NCBI GenBank assembly: GCA_026396805.1
Contig: JAPLVZ010000004.1
Location: forward strand, 13,601-77,600
Origin: Candidatus Falkowbacteria bacterium
GTDB taxonomy: Bacteria > Patescibacteriota > Patescibacteriia > Patescibacteriales > UBA12465
DNA: 64,000 nt
Reading direction: 5' to 3'
The translations under genes and the position numbers were made by a program. The notes under the pieces were generated by a model that was not told where the DNA came from, made no database searches, and was given only the letters and a program-made list of their open reading frames with translations. Of this stretch, positions 47,507 to 59,654 are shown piece by piece. Numbering within the stretch: the stretch's first letter is position 1; every line of letters starts with the position of its first letter.

Positions 47507-49888
47507 CTATTGGCTTTCCTGATAATCCCAAACCGGACCGACGGAGAAAATCTTATTCTCCCCTTCCTGATGAACAATAAGTAATAATTTCAACCGGCTT
47601 AAATCTTCTTTTAAGGCGGTTTTTTGCGACGGCAATTTTATGGTCAGCTGTTTCTCTTTTACGGCCGCCGCTTCCGTCTTGAACTGTTTCGTGAAATCGG
47701 CGATGGCTTCGTTATCGGCGGTATTCAATTCTTCTCCTCCCAATTCTTTTTTGACAATCGCCTTCATTTTTTCCAGGCTGCCGGAAAAATTCTTGATGTC
47801 CTGTAAAGCCAGGCGCACTTCGGCGTCCAGTTGCAAGGCGGAAAACATTTGGGTCAGCATTGAGGCGTTGGCCAAAAGCTCACCGATGAGATCCAAATTA
47901 GGTTCGACGTAAGAATTTTCATTCCAGCGCGCCGCGTTATTAAGACCCAGGCTCTTCACGCTTGGGGCGGCGGAAAATTTATCCGGCGGCAATTGCAGAT
48001 TTATCCAAGCGGCGGCCGCCGTCCGAAGCGACTTATCTTGCCAAGCCGACGAGCGCGTAAAAAGAGGCAGATTCTCCCTATCCGTCGTCAGTAATATTTT
48101 CACCAAACTCAAGTTCGCCCAATAATTATTAAGATGCCAAATATCATTTTTCGCCAATTCCGATTGCAGGCCGCTCGCCGCCTGGCTATAGCCGGCATAA
48201 TTAGTATTCTCGTCAAAGTAATTGTTGTTGCTGATGGGATAAATCAAACCGATGACATCCAGCGCGAAACCATTACAGCGATTATAGATATTGTTTATTC
48301 GGCAAGCCGTAATATTATTTAACGTCGTCGTGGCTCTAAAGGCGCCAATCGCGGGAGAAGTTAAATGGCTAAAAATATAATTATTCGGCCAATATGATTC
48401 GGCCAGTAATTTAAAGCCGAGGCGCGGCTTCAAGGTCGCGTCGGTCTTGCTTAAGGCGCCGGATATTTCCGCGAAATTATAAGTTAGCACCTGGCGGCGT
48501 AATTTTTCCAGATTAGCGGCCGCGTCCTTGTTAGAATCGTCAAAAAGTTCCTCAATCTTATAATCATTTCCAAAAACGGCGCTTAAAGAATCGCGATAAT
48601 GGACATAATCCAAATCGGCGCGCAGGCCCGTGAAGAAAGACATGACTTTATAAATACGCGCCCATTTATTCTTTAGTCCCGGAAGTTCGGAAAAATCAAG
48701 CGCGATAAAGCTGGCCGCCGTCAGATTAACGCGCCAGTCGGCCACGTCCAATAAGCAAGCCGGACAATCCTTACCGCGGTAATTAAGCGGGAAGACGGAA
48801 TTGAGCCAGGCCGTGGTCAGATAAAAATTATTCAATTTAGCGTTTAATTTATAATCGGCGGGCACGGAAAATTCCGTATAATCGCGGTTATAGAGCAAGA
48901 CCGGAGACTTAAGCTTAACCTTCGCTTCGCGGATAAGCTTCACTTCCGCAAGCACATCCTCTTTTAAATAAGGCGGGGTAACGAAATAAAAACGTTCCGC
49001 GTCGACCGCGGTAAAAGCTCCAGTCCCGATCGCGGCGTTACTGGCGGCTAATTGCTCCACGGTCGGCTTCAAGAGCTCTAAGGCCACAGCAAAAAAGGCT
49101 GTTTCCAGGCGCTCTCCTTCCAAGATAGAATCGTTGATATTACCGATAGCCGCCAAGCGGGTTTCGTAGCGGTTCTTGGCGACGGTATACAGTTCTTTAT
49201 TTATGTCCCAGAGGTTATCATAAAAAACGTTCTCTTCCACATCCTTAAAAGTCTTTTTGAGAATATTCTGATAGTAATAAATCATGAAATCGGAAGTTAT
49301 CAAAAGCGGCAATTGTTTGGCGTCCAGAAGCAAATAGGCCGAATAAAAATCCGTCGCTTCTTTAGGCCAAGGATTATCAATCGTCGCGAACCCCTGCTTG
49401 TTAAGGTTATCTAAGGCCGGATCAAGGCTTAATTTTCGGGAAACGTCATAATAATTCATCACGTCAATCTTGATATTGAGCGGCAATTTATAATCATTTA
49501 ATTTAGGCGTAATGGTATTATCCGGAGCCTTATAAAAATCCGCGAACGAAAGATATTCTATCGCCAGAAGCGAGAAAGAGGAGGTGGCGACTGTCGTCGT
49601 CGCGGTGGCCGAGCCGTTTAAATCGGGAAGAACGGTCGGAATAATAACCGGTTCGCTCGTGGTCGCGACGGTGTCCGGATTCGTCGGAACGGTCCGAGGA
49701 GACATAAATTTCTTAACCGCGAAAAAGATGGCCGCGATAAAAACAAGGGCGGCTACAGCCAGGGCGGCAATGAGCAGAATTTTCTTCAGAGGCGACGGCG
49801 GAGAAGATAAGGGTGTTGGCGCGGGTAACGGCGCACCGCCGGTAGATCCCGGCTCCGACGAAATGATAGTGGGCTGATCGGAAAACAT
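47507..49888 (-). CDS. membrane-anchored large extracytoplasmic protein, unknown function
   Basis: Pro/Ser-rich N-terminus, a single TM helix (LLIAALAVAALVFIAAIFFAV), then a 730-aa ectodomain. Confidence 0.45.
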   Translation of the reverse strand: MFSDQPTIISSEPGSTGGAPLPAPTPLSSPPSPLKKILLIAALAVAALVFIAAIFFAVKKFMSPRTVPTNPDTVATTSEPVIIPTVLPDLNGSATATTTVATSSFSLLAIEYLSFADFYKAPDNTITPKLNDYKLPLNIKIDVMNYYDVSRKLSLDPALDNLNKQGFATIDNPWPKEATDFYSAYLLLDAKQLPLLITSDFMIYYYQNILKKTFKDVEENVFYDNLWDINKELYTVAKNRYETRLAAIGNINDSILEGERLETAFFAVALELLKPTVEQLAASNAAIGTGAFTAVDAERFYFVTPPYLKEDVLAEVKLIREAKVKLKSPVLLYNRDYTEFSVPADYKLNAKLNNFYLTTAWLNSVFPLNYRGKDCPACLLDVADWRVNLTAASFIALDFSELPGLKNKWARIYKVMSFFTGLRADLDYVHYRDSLSAVFGNDYKIEELFDDSNKDAAANLEKLRRQVLTYNFAEISGALSKTDATLKPRLGFKLLAESYWPNNYIFSHLTSPAIGAFRATTTLNNITACRINNIYNRCNGFALDVIGLIYPISNNNYFDENTNYAGYSQAASGLQSELAKNDIWHLNNYWANLSLVKILLTTDRENLPLFTRSSAWQDKSLRTAAAAWINLQLPPDKFSAAPSVKSLGLNNAARWNENSYVEPNLDLIGELLANASMLTQMFSALQLDAEVRLALQDIKNFSGSLEKMKAIVKKELGGEELNTADNEAIADFTKQFKTEAAAVKEKQLTIKLPSQKTALKEDLSRLKLLLIVHQEGENKIFSVGPVWDYQESQ

Positions 49889-49926
49889 AAATTTATTTTA
49901 AATATTGATATCTTGAATATTGGTAT

Positions 49927-50883
49927 CTAGTTTAAATATTGAGCTTTATTTTTCTTATGTTCTTCATAAGTATGGGCGTAAATGACTTCATTTTTCCCCG
50001 GCGTAGTCAAAAAATAATAATAATCGGTCGCGAGCGGATAAATGGCCGCTTCGATCGCCAAGATTCCCGGATTACATATTGGCCCGGGCGGCAGGCCGCG
50101 ATACTTATAGGTATTATATGGGGAGTCGACTTCCAATTCCCGGCTGCTATGCTGAATATTATTATCGCCAAAAATATAAGATAAAGTCGCGTCGGATTGC
50201 AGACCCTGGCCTATTTCCAAACGATTCCAGAATATTCCGGAAATAATACGCGCGTCGCGATTATCCCCTGTCTGATAATCTATCGGCGCTTCTTTTTCAA
50301 TAATGGAGGCCATGGTGATGATGTTATAAATACTCTCCCCTTGCTTTTTGATATCCGAGCGCATCTTGTCTGTCAATTTATTATCAAAATTTTCCAGCAT
50401 CTTGGCAATCACATCCGCGACCGTGGAACTGGCGTAAATGCGATAAGTGTCCGGGAATAAATATCCCTCTAATCCGTAATATTTCGGTTTATCGGCCAAA
50501 AAAATAAATTTATCCGACCAATCCGGCAAGGCCGGTAAGGCCGGCAACTCTTTATTACGGCGATAATCAACCTGCGGGAAACCGGCGACTTTCAAGAATT
50601 CCTCGCTCGGCCATTTTCCTTGGCGTTCGAAATACTGGCCAATATCACGGCTGGTCCAGCCTTCTAATATTTGGATGGTTTCTTCTAATTTAGGGACAAT
50701 CGTCGGCACCGGTTGGCGATGCGTTAATTTATCTATCAGGCGGACAGCCAGCGGCGAAAAATTTTTTTCATTATCTATCACTAGCGCTTGATAAACAAAA
50801 CGGATATAAAATAAACTGATTACTAAAGCGGTCGCCAAGAAAACCGCGACGGCGAGGGAAAAATATTTTATCAATTTTTTCAT
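49927..50883 (-). CDS. mltG: endolytic murein transglycosylase MltG (YceG family)
   Basis: N-terminal TM helix. YceG motifs IITMASIIEKEA and SGIFWNRLEIGQGLQSDATLSY. Confidence 0.75.
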   Translation of the reverse strand: MKKLIKYFSLAVAVFLATALVISLFYIRFVYQALVIDNEKNFSPLAVRLIDKLTHRQPVPTIVPKLEETIQILEGWTSRDIGQYFERQGKWPSEEFLKVAGFPQVDYRRNKELPALPALPDWSDKFIFLADKPKYYGLEGYLFPDTYRIYASSTVADVIAKMLENFDNKLTDKMRSDIKKQGESIYNIITMASIIEKEAPIDYQTGDNRDARIISGIFWNRLEIGQGLQSDATLSYIFGDNNIQHSSRELEVDSPYNTYKYRGLPPGPICNPGILAIEAAIYPLATDYYYFLTTPGKNEVIYAHTYEEHKKNKAQYLN

Positions 50884-50938
50884 AAGTTAAGGCGGAAACT
50901 TATATAAACGTCCGCTAGGTTATTTGCCGGCTCTTGAA

Positions 50939-51460
50939 TTATTTTCCAGACGACTTCCGCCGCGCTTTTATTTCCGCGGCTGGCTGCGCCTTTAAGGCGG
51001 CGGCATTAGTAATTAATTGGGAACTGGCGCGAATTTTCTTACCGAGACCGTCGACCATTTTAATTTTGTATTTCCGGCAAATATCATATTCAGGCACATT
51101 AACGATATTATGGCGGTCGCCGCCATTAGCGAAAATATCCGGTTTTATTTTGGCTAGAGATTTTATAACCGGAATATGACCACTAGCTAATTTATAATCA
51201 TCAACCGATAAAAAAACCTCATCCACATCGCGCAAGGCTCTGATAATCGCCACTCTATCTTTTTCGGACATAAAAGGAACGCTGCCTTTTAGCGCCACCT
51301 GCCTATCATTATTAACGATGACCACCAGTTTATCGCCTAATTTTTTAGCTTTCTGAATCATTTCCAAATGCCCGGTATGGAGTGGATTAAAATAGCCGGA
51401 AACAGCCACAACGACCGGCTTGGTTGAATTTTTTTTCATTTTTTTCGCGGATTTTGACAT
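50939..51460 (-). CDS. cytidylyltransferase-like nucleotidyltransferase (HxGH; TagD/RfaE-II family)
   Basis: VAVSGYFNPLHTGHLEM, the (T/H)xGH signature. 173 aa. Confidence 0.6.
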   Translation of the reverse strand: MSKSAKKMKKNSTKPVVVAVSGYFNPLHTGHLEMIQKAKKLGDKLVVIVNNDRQVALKGSVPFMSEKDRVAIIRALRDVDEVFLSVDDYKLASGHIPVIKSLAKIKPDIFANGGDRHNIVNVPEYDICRKYKIKMVDGLGKKIRASSQLITNAAALKAQPAAEIKARRKSSGK

Positions 51461-51615
51461 AATAAAATAATGACGATTAACTGCTTATATTATAGCAAAT
51501 TAAGAGCCAAAATAAAAATCGTTAGTACGATTTATCGCCGACGCGATCAAATAAAAAAGACCGCTTAAGAACGGCCTTTAAAATATTAAATAAAACCGGA
51601 GTTGTTCCTTTGGGG

Positions 51616-52455
51616 TTATTCCTTTACCGGAGCGACAAAACCGTCAACCTTGGCGCGATCGCCGAAATCCTTAACCGCGGCCCGGCCGATTTCAAGCAAG
51701 CGACCAAGCTGCTCGGAATCTTTAGCGGAAACGATTATGTAGAAAGGATTGTTTGAATCAAAGCGTCCGCCAAATCCATGATCGCCCAAAGCGATTCCAG
51801 CCAAAGCTTTAACTTCTTTGGCCGGATACGCGTCGCTAAGACCGAGAGCGGCGGCCGAAGATAGAAATTGCGGCGGAAATTCGGTCCAATCAGAACAATT
51901 GAACTTCAAGGTTCCTTCCACTACCAAAGCGCGCTCATCATGAACCTGACTGCGGAATTTTCCGTGATCAATCGCCTCGTACTTATTACCGGTTTCAGCC
52001 GCTAATTCTTCTGCGCCTTTGTAGCCATACTTATCGCTATTAGCGTCTTCCGGATGCGCCATCTTGACGGCGCCACAACTCTCATGGCCGGTAATAGGGA
52101 GATTCTTACCTCTTAAAGCTTCAATCAGGATTTTCCTGTCGGCGTCGTCTAATAATATTCCTTCACCGGCTAAAGCGACTTTAGGTCCGCCGCTCTTGAC
52201 GCGTCCGTCAGAACATTCGAAACGGCAACCCGGGCAGTCTAATAAGCTAACTTTGCTGAAAGCGTCATTAAACCCCGGCAGATTCGGCAACAAGTCTTCA
52301 ATTCTTTTACCAGTTTTCAAGCCTTTAACAAGAAAATTTTCTTGAGACTCTGCCCAAGCGGAATTAAATAATTCTTCATGGTCATGATGTTCGTGTTGGC
52401 TTCCCATATTATTCATGTTTTTAATTTCGTGAGACATATGATTTATTGTATTCAT
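51616..52455 (-). CDS. putative beta-class carbonic anhydrase-like protein with His-rich N-terminus
   Basis: CSDGR (CxDxR) and, ~42 aa later, HESCG (HxxCG), the two zinc-ligand motifs of beta-CA. N-terminal HEHHDHEE. It lies 28 nt downstream of atpC. Confidence 0.4.
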   Translation of the reverse strand: MNTINHMSHEIKNMNNMGSQHEHHDHEELFNSAWAESQENFLVKGLKTGKRIEDLLPNLPGFNDAFSKVSLLDCPGCRFECSDGRVKSGGPKVALAGEGILLDDADRKILIEALRGKNLPITGHESCGAVKMAHPEDANSDKYGYKGAEELAAETGNKYEAIDHGKFRSQVHDERALVVEGTLKFNCSDWTEFPPQFLSSAAALGLSDAYPAKEVKALAGIALGDHGFGGRFDSNNPFYIIVSAKDSEQLGRLLEIGRAAVKDFGDRAKVDGFVAPVKE

Positions 52456-52483
52456 TTATAAAGTACTGCTATTTATAGGGGCA

Positions 52484-52927
52484 TTATTTATTATCCGTTC
52501 CCTTTAATCTCCGCCAGCGGCTGACCGCGCGCAGACGCGCCATTTCTTTTTCCAGTTTGGCGGCAACGGCGGTGAATTGAACGTCATCAACGTTTCTCGC
52601 CTCTTCCTTAAGCTTCTCGGCGCGCTGCTGCGCCTCTTTAATCATCTCTTCATCCAGTTCTTCGGCTCTTTCGGCGGTATCGGCTAAAATAACGACCTTA
52701 TCTTTTGTGACTTCTATGAATCCGCCGGAAACCGAGATTATTTCCGAACTGTTATCCGCGCGCTTAACTTCAATGACACCCGGCTTTAAAACCGAGACGA
52801 GCGGAATATGATCCGGCAGGACCGTTATTTCGCCGCTGGTCGTCGGGACGGTGATTTGTAGGATCTCCTGCGAAAGTACCACGCGCTCCGGCGTCACGAT
52901 TTCAAATTTTATAGTTTTTGGCGACAT
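52484..52927 (-). CDS. atpC: F1 ATP synthase epsilon subunit
   Basis: 147 aa. N-terminal beta-sandwich MSPKTIKFEIVTPE, C-terminal helical hairpin. Confidence 0.85.
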   Translation of the reverse strand: MSPKTIKFEIVTPERVVLSQEILQITVPTTSGEITVLPDHIPLVSVLKPGVIEVKRADNSSEIISVSGGFIEVTKDKVVILADTAERAEELDEEMIKEAQQRAEKLKEEARNVDDVQFTAVAAKLEKEMARLRAVSRWRRLKGTDNK

Positions 52928-52930
52928 AAA

Positions 52931-54349
<1,419 letters not shown>

Positions 54350-54399
54350 TAAATATTACTTTGAAAACTGAATATTGTTAAATTTAAGACCATAGTACC

Positions 54400-54669
54400 A
54401 TGAAAAAATTGGAAATTGGATTTGGAATCATGAGTCTTCTGACTGGGGCCGCACACTGTATTTTTAAAAATAACGAATTTGCAATCAGCGGAGTAGTGTC
54501 TCTTGTAACATTGGGGGTATTCCTTACCGCTTTTGTTATTATGGCTGCTATAAACGTCCCGAATCCAAAATGGGAGAAGTGGCTATTTTCTTCTTCCACG
54601 AATCTTGCACTGGGCATTTTAGGCCTAATCGGCTTTATAATGTACTGTATCTTCTATCGGGGGATATAA
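54400..54669 (+). CDS. small membrane protein encoded antisense inside the atp operon
   Basis: 89 aa with three hydrophobic helices. It occupies a 393-bp gap between atpG and atpD and has its own promoter and terminator. Confidence 0.45.
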   Translation: MKKLEIGFGIMSLLTGAAHCIFKNNEFAISGVVSLVTLGVFLTAFVIMAAINVPNPKWEKWLFSSSTNLALGILGLIGFIMYCIFYRGI

Positions 54670-54687
54670 GTGCAGACTACTTCACGA

Positions 54688-54712
54688 AAGCTCTACCAAA
54701 GAGCTTTTTTTA
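54688..54712 (+). terminator. rho-independent terminator for the antisense small gene
   Basis: Stem AAGCTCT / AGAGCTT with loop ACCAA, then TTTTTTT. It overlaps the atpG stop codon. Confidence 0.5.
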
Positions 54713-55642
54713 TTCCGCCAGCGCATTCGCTCCGGCCGAAATTTCCGCGATTTCCGCGGTAATGCCGGCTTGGCGGGCTTTATTATAAAATAGCGTTAAT
54801 TCACTGACCATATCGTTAGCGGCTTCAGTGGCTTGATGCATCGCCGTCATGCGCGCGCTGTGTTCGGAAGCGTTCGCTTCCAAAAACGCCTGATATAACT
54901 GAATTTCCAGAAGCCGCGGAATCATCATGTCCAGAACTTCCCGCGGCGACGGCTCAAAAGTATATTCAATTAAAGGCGCGCCGGGTTCGATCCCCGGAGA
55001 TACTTCGGATTCGGTCTTGTCCGTCGGGCTGGCGGCGCCTAAATATGAATCAATCTTTTCCGTTTTCACCGGAAGTAACTGTTTAACGCGCGCAATCTGT
55101 TTTGCCGGATTGACAAAATCGGTGTAAGCGACAAAAATTTTATCGTACTTGCCGCTCAAATAATCGTTTAAAGCCATCTTGACGATCGGATAAATATCAT
55201 TAACATCGTTTAAGATATCATTTTTTTCAAATTCAGCCGTTACTAAATGGCCATGCTGATGGACGGACGCGCCTTTCTTGCCGGCCAAAATAAAATCGGT
55301 CTTAACATCGGAATATCTCTTTAGAGATTGCTCAGCTTTATTTATAACCGCGGTGTTATAACCGCCGCACATACCGCGATTAGAAGTTATTAAAATAACG
55401 GCCGCTGTTTTTACTTCTCGCCGCGGCGCCAAGAGCGGATGAGCCTCATCGTTCTTGGATTTTTCTAAGACCGCCAGACGCAAAACCGTCTCCCAGCTCA
55501 ACGAAGCATAGCGCCTGGTCTTTAAAACCGCTTCAATCGCTTTTCTCATTTTGGCCGCCGCGACCATTTCCATCGCTTTCGTAATTTTCTTGGTGCTGGT
55601 GACGGATTTGATGCGGCGGGAGATTTCTTTGGTCTTGGCCAT
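54710..55642 (-). CDS. atpG: F1 ATP synthase gamma subunit
   Basis: MAKTKEISRRIKSVTSTKKITKAMEMVAAAKMRKA..., 310 aa. Confidence 0.9.
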   Translation of the reverse strand: MAKTKEISRRIKSVTSTKKITKAMEMVAAAKMRKAIEAVLKTRRYASLSWETVLRLAVLEKSKNDEAHPLLAPRREVKTAAVILITSNRGMCGGYNTAVINKAEQSLKRYSDVKTDFILAGKKGASVHQHGHLVTAEFEKNDILNDVNDIYPIVKMALNDYLSGKYDKIFVAYTDFVNPAKQIARVKQLLPVKTEKIDSYLGAASPTDKTESEVSPGIEPGAPLIEYTFEPSPREVLDMMIPRLLEIQLYQAFLEANASEHSARMTAMHQATEAANDMVSELTLFYNKARQAGITAEIAEISAGANALAE

Positions 55643-55645
55643 ACT

Positions 55646-57169
55646 TTATTTTATCAGATAATCTACAGTTGCTTTATAGTCTTCAATCAACTTTTTCAAA
55701 CTGGTTTCAACTTCCGCGTCTATTTCCTTTTTGGTTTCAATCGCTTTCAAAACGGCATCGTTTAAATCGGCATATTTATACAGACCGGCTTCAAATTCTT
55801 TAATCTTTTCGACCGGAACATTATCCATAAAACCGTTGATGAGGGCGTAATAAACGGCCACCTGCTTAGCTACGGACAACGGCTGATACTGATCCTGCTT
55901 GAAAATTTCGTATAAGCGTTTGCCTCTTTCCAGTTTCTTTCTGGTATCCGCGTCCAAGTCCGATCCGAACTGAGCGAAAGCCGCAAGTTCGCGATATTGA
56001 GCCGCTTCCAAACGCATCTTGCCGGCGACTTTTTTCATCGCTTTTATCTGCGCCGAAGAACCGACGCGAGAAACGGACAAACCGGCGTTAACGGCCGGAC
56101 GATTGCCTTTATAAAATAGGTCCGGTTCCAAGAAAATCTGGCCGTCGGTAATGGAAATGACGTTAGTCGGGATATAAGCGGATAAATCTCCGGCCTGGGT
56201 CTCAATAATCGGCAGAGCCGTAATCGAACCGCCGCCGAAATCTTTATTTAATTTACAAGCGCGTTCCAGCAAGCGGGAATGAAGATAAAAAACATCGCCC
56301 GGATAAGCTTCGCGTCCCGGCGGACGGCGGAGTAGCAGTGAAATTTCGCGATAAGAAACGGCGTGCTTGGATAAATCATCATAAATAATCAGCACATCTT
56401 CGCCTTTATCCAAAAAGTATTCCGCCATGGCGCAACCGGCGTAAGGCGCGATATATAATAGCGAGGCGGAAGTGGAAGCGCCGGCCAACACCACGGTCGT
56501 ATAATTCATCGCCCCGGCTTCAGTCAATTTCGTGACGAGATTGGCTACCTTTGATTCCTTCTGACCGATAGCGACATAGATACATTTCATGTTCTGGCCT
56601 TTCTGATTGATGATAGTATCTATCGCCAAAGCGGTTTTGCCTAATTGGCGGTCGCCGATGATAAGTTCTCTCTGGCCGCGACCGATCGGAATCATGGCGT
56701 CAATGGCTTTGATGCCGGTCTGAACCGGTTCTTTGACGCCAGTACGAGTAATGACGCCGGGAGCGATCTTTTCAATCGGATAAAATTTCGCGGCTTCAAT
56801 TTTGCCTTTACCGTCCATAGGTTCGCCGAGCGGATTAACGACCCGGCCAATCATGTTTTCGCCGACCGGAACTTCCAAAATTCTTTTGGTCGCGATTACC
56901 TCATCGCCTTCCTTAATCGCAGTATAGTCGCCAAGAATGATGGCTCCGACCTGGTTTTCCTCAAGATTCAAGGCCACGCCGGTGACTTCAACGGTTTCGG
57001 TCTTAAAGATCAAGATTTCGCTCATCATCGCTTCGGCTAAGCCGGAAACTAGCGCGATGCCATCGGAAACTTTCAAAACTTTTCCGACTGATTTTTCGCT
57101 AATTTCAGCTTTGAAACCGGATATTTCTTCTTTAAGTTGGGCGACAATGAAATCCTTTGTAGTTGACAT
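55646..57169 (-). CDS. atpA: F1 ATP synthase alpha subunit
   Basis: GDRQLGKT P-loop, 507 aa. Confidence 0.95.
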   Translation of the reverse strand: MSTTKDFIVAQLKEEISGFKAEISEKSVGKVLKVSDGIALVSGLAEAMMSEILIFKTETVEVTGVALNLEENQVGAIILGDYTAIKEGDEVIATKRILEVPVGENMIGRVVNPLGEPMDGKGKIEAAKFYPIEKIAPGVITRTGVKEPVQTGIKAIDAMIPIGRGQRELIIGDRQLGKTALAIDTIINQKGQNMKCIYVAIGQKESKVANLVTKLTEAGAMNYTTVVLAGASTSASLLYIAPYAGCAMAEYFLDKGEDVLIIYDDLSKHAVSYREISLLLRRPPGREAYPGDVFYLHSRLLERACKLNKDFGGGSITALPIIETQAGDLSAYIPTNVISITDGQIFLEPDLFYKGNRPAVNAGLSVSRVGSSAQIKAMKKVAGKMRLEAAQYRELAAFAQFGSDLDADTRKKLERGKRLYEIFKQDQYQPLSVAKQVAVYYALINGFMDNVPVEKIKEFEAGLYKYADLNDAVLKAIETKKEIDAEVETSLKKLIEDYKATVDYLIK

Positions 57170-57192
57170 ACGTTTATACTAAATATTTATGT

Positions 57193-57594
57193 TTAATTAC
57201 TAATTTTATTTTTTAAGCTGTTTAAGCTGTTCTTTAAACTTCCGTCCAAAACCTTGCTGCCGTATCTTAAAACAAATCCGCCGATTAAATCCTTATCAAT
57301 ATTTTCCTCTAAAATAATTTTGGCCGCGTCCGTTTTAGTTTTTAAATAATCCACCACAGTCTCGCGAGCGGTCGGACCTAATTCGCGCGCGCTCTCAAGC
57401 GTCGCGACCACTTCGCCGTGTTCCTGATTCCAAATCTCAAGAAACGCGGTGACAATCGCCACTTCTTTATTTAATTCTCTGTTCTTTCCTAAAATCGCGA
57501 CAAAACTTTTCAAAATCGCCTTCACTTCCTTTTCGGATTTGCCGGCCACTGAATCAAACAAGCTCTGCGCGTATTGTTGAGCGGATATCTTCAT
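57193..57594 (-). CDS. atpH: F1 ATP synthase delta subunit (short form)
   Basis: OSCP-like sequence but only 133 aa. Positioned between atpF and atpA. Confidence 0.7.
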   Translation of the reverse strand: MKISAQQYAQSLFDSVAGKSEKEVKAILKSFVAILGKNRELNKEVAIVTAFLEIWNQEHGEVVATLESARELGPTARETVVDYLKTKTDAAKIILEENIDKDLIGGFVLRYGSKVLDGSLKNSLNSLKNKISN

Positions 57595-57598
57595 TTAA

Positions 57599-58087
57599 TT
57601 ATTTCACCAATTTCTTTATTAACTCTCTATCTTTATCCCCATTCATCTTCTCATTTAATAATTTCTCCACCGTCAGAATAACCAGCTCGGCCACTTCTTT
57701 CTTAATCTCTTTTAAGGTCTCGGCCTTTTCTCTGATAAGTTTCGCTTTTTCATTATTGATAACCTGGCCGATTTCTTCTTTCGCTTTGACGATTAATTCT
57801 CCTTTTCTGACCTCACCGCGCTTATCCGCTTCTTCAATGATCAGATTGGCCTGCTTCTTGGCGGCGGTGATAATCTCGGCGCGTTCTCTCTCGGTCAGAG
57901 CCAAACGCTTTTCAATCGCGTCGGCGTCTTTTAAACTTTTATCGATTTTCTCGGAACGATCGGCCATGACTTTAACTAAGGGCTTAAAGGCGAAAAAATA
58001 CAAAACAAAAAAGACGATCGCGAAATTAATCAGCTGGGCGACCAGCAGCCTGACATACATGTGAAAAGTTGAAATTACTGATTCCAT
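57599..58087 (-). CDS. atpF: Fo ATP synthase subunit b
   Basis: Single N-terminal TM helix, then a long charged coiled coil. 162 aa. Confidence 0.75.
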   Translation of the reverse strand: MESVISTFHMYVRLLVAQLINFAIVFFVLYFFAFKPLVKVMADRSEKIDKSLKDADAIEKRLALTERERAEIITAAKKQANLIIEEADKRGEVRKGELIVKAKEEIGQVINNEKAKLIREKAETLKEIKKEVAELVILTVEKLLNEKMNGDKDRELIKKLVK

Positions 58088-58141
58088 ATTTATGTCTGAT
58101 AATAATCTAGGCTTTTAATAATAATCTAGCGCTTTCTCCCG

Positions 58142-58170
58142 TCCGCCGTCCGCCAACCGGCGGAGGCGGA
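58142..58170 (-). promoter_or_regulatory. GC-rich stem-loop in the atpE-atpF intergenic region
   Basis: TCCGCCGTCCGCC aacc GGCGGAGGCGGA, with no T-run. It probably acts as an mRNA stability or processing element. Confidence 0.35.
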
Positions 58171-58192
58171 TCAGGAAAAATCCGTCAAATTA

Positions 58193-58453
<261 letters not shown>

Positions 58454-58464
58454 TTAAATTTTAA

Positions 58465-59280
58465 TTAATATTCTTCTTGGGTGGTGTTAATCGTCAGATA
58501 TGTCAAAATTAACATCGCAAAAATCAAAGCCTGAATCAAGCCGACCAGAACTTCCAAAAACATAAACGGAATCGGAACCCCGTAGGCTAGAATAGCTGAC
58601 ATCGACGCGAGCAAAACTTCACCGGCGAAAACATTGCCGAATAAACGAAAAGACAGGCTGGCGACTTTCGCCAACTCGCCGACAATTTCGATTATTCCGA
58701 CAAAAGCCTTAATCGGATTGACTAATAAAATCATCGGATCCTTCCTTATTTTCTTCGGTATTTCCAAAAACGCCTTGATATTAATGAACTTATTCAAATA
58801 TTTCCACCAGCCTACGGCCAAAACTCCCATAATATGGCTCAACACGACGCCTAAGGAAGCTAGGGCTAAAGTCGTATTTAAATCAGCCGTGCCGCCGCGC
58901 AGGTAAGGAATAAAAATTTTCTCGCCGTGCAGAGCGGCAATCTGGCCGATAGAGCCGACGCCGGGCAAAAGACCCATCCAGTTATTGATAAGGATGAAAA
59001 AGAAAAAGGCCAGGACGACCGGCGCGAATTGCAAAGATTTTTTACGGTTGCCGGTGACGCCGTCAAACATTCCTAAAAACCCCTCAATAATCATTTCTAA
59101 AGCGTTCTGCAGGCCGGTCGGGACTTTCTTGATATTGCGGCTGATTAGTAATCCCAAGATCACGATAATCACCAAAGCCACGGTCGAAGTCGCCAGCGCG
59201 TTGGTAATCGGAAAATTTCCGATTTGAGCGATCGGCTCGGCGTATAAAGTATTTTCATGAATAATTTCTTCTCCGGCCAT
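58465..59280 (-). CDS. atpB: Fo ATP synthase subunit a
   Basis: LSFRLFGNVFAGEVLL, the conserved Arg helix. 271 aa. Confidence 0.85.
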   Translation of the reverse strand: MAGEEIIHENTLYAEPIAQIGNFPITNALATSTVALVIIVILGLLISRNIKKVPTGLQNALEMIIEGFLGMFDGVTGNRKKSLQFAPVVLAFFFFILINNWMGLLPGVGSIGQIAALHGEKIFIPYLRGGTADLNTTLALASLGVVLSHIMGVLAVGWWKYLNKFINIKAFLEIPKKIRKDPMILLVNPIKAFVGIIEIVGELAKVASLSFRLFGNVFAGEVLLASMSAILAYGVPIPFMFLEVLVGLIQALIFAMLILTYLTINTTQEEY

Positions 59281-59294
59281 TTTTTTAAGCTAAA

Positions 59295-59564
59295 TTATTT
59301 TTGTCTGACCGCTTTCAGTTTCTCTTCTTTATCCGCGGCGTATTCTCTTTCGATTTTTTTAAATTCTTTTAAAGCGTTGATGGCTAAACCGTAAATGGAA
59401 ATAAGGAAACAAACGCCGATAGTCGCCAAAAACAGCCAGGGCTCGGTTCCGAAGCGTTCATCCAGCCACCTACCAAGAAACAACCCGATAATGACCGGAA
59501 AAGCAATCCAGCCTGAAATGTTAGCCATAACTTTTAAGGCTACGCTCCAGGATTCATTCTTCAT
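59295..59564 (-). CDS. AtpZ/AtpI-like small membrane protein preceding atpB
   Basis: 89 aa with two TM helices, in the position of atpI/atpZ. Confidence 0.5.
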   Translation of the reverse strand: MKNESWSVALKVMANISGWIAFPVIIGLFLGRWLDERFGTEPWLFLATIGVCFLISIYGLAINALKEFKKIEREYAADKEEKLKAVRQK

Positions 59565-59590
59565 ATGTTTAAAATGTTTTTAACAACTCA

Positions 59591-59619
59591 TTTATAGCGC
59601 AAAAACCCCTAAGTGTCAA
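59591..59619 (-). promoter_or_regulatory. sigma-70 promoter TTGACA-N17-TATAAA of the atp operon (minus strand)
   Basis: Read on the reverse complement: -35 at 59614-59619 and -10 at 59591-59596, 27 nt upstream of atpZ. Confidence 0.5.
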
Positions 59620-59654
59620 CCCTCCGTTTTTTAGAGCCGAGGTCTGTTTTCAGG

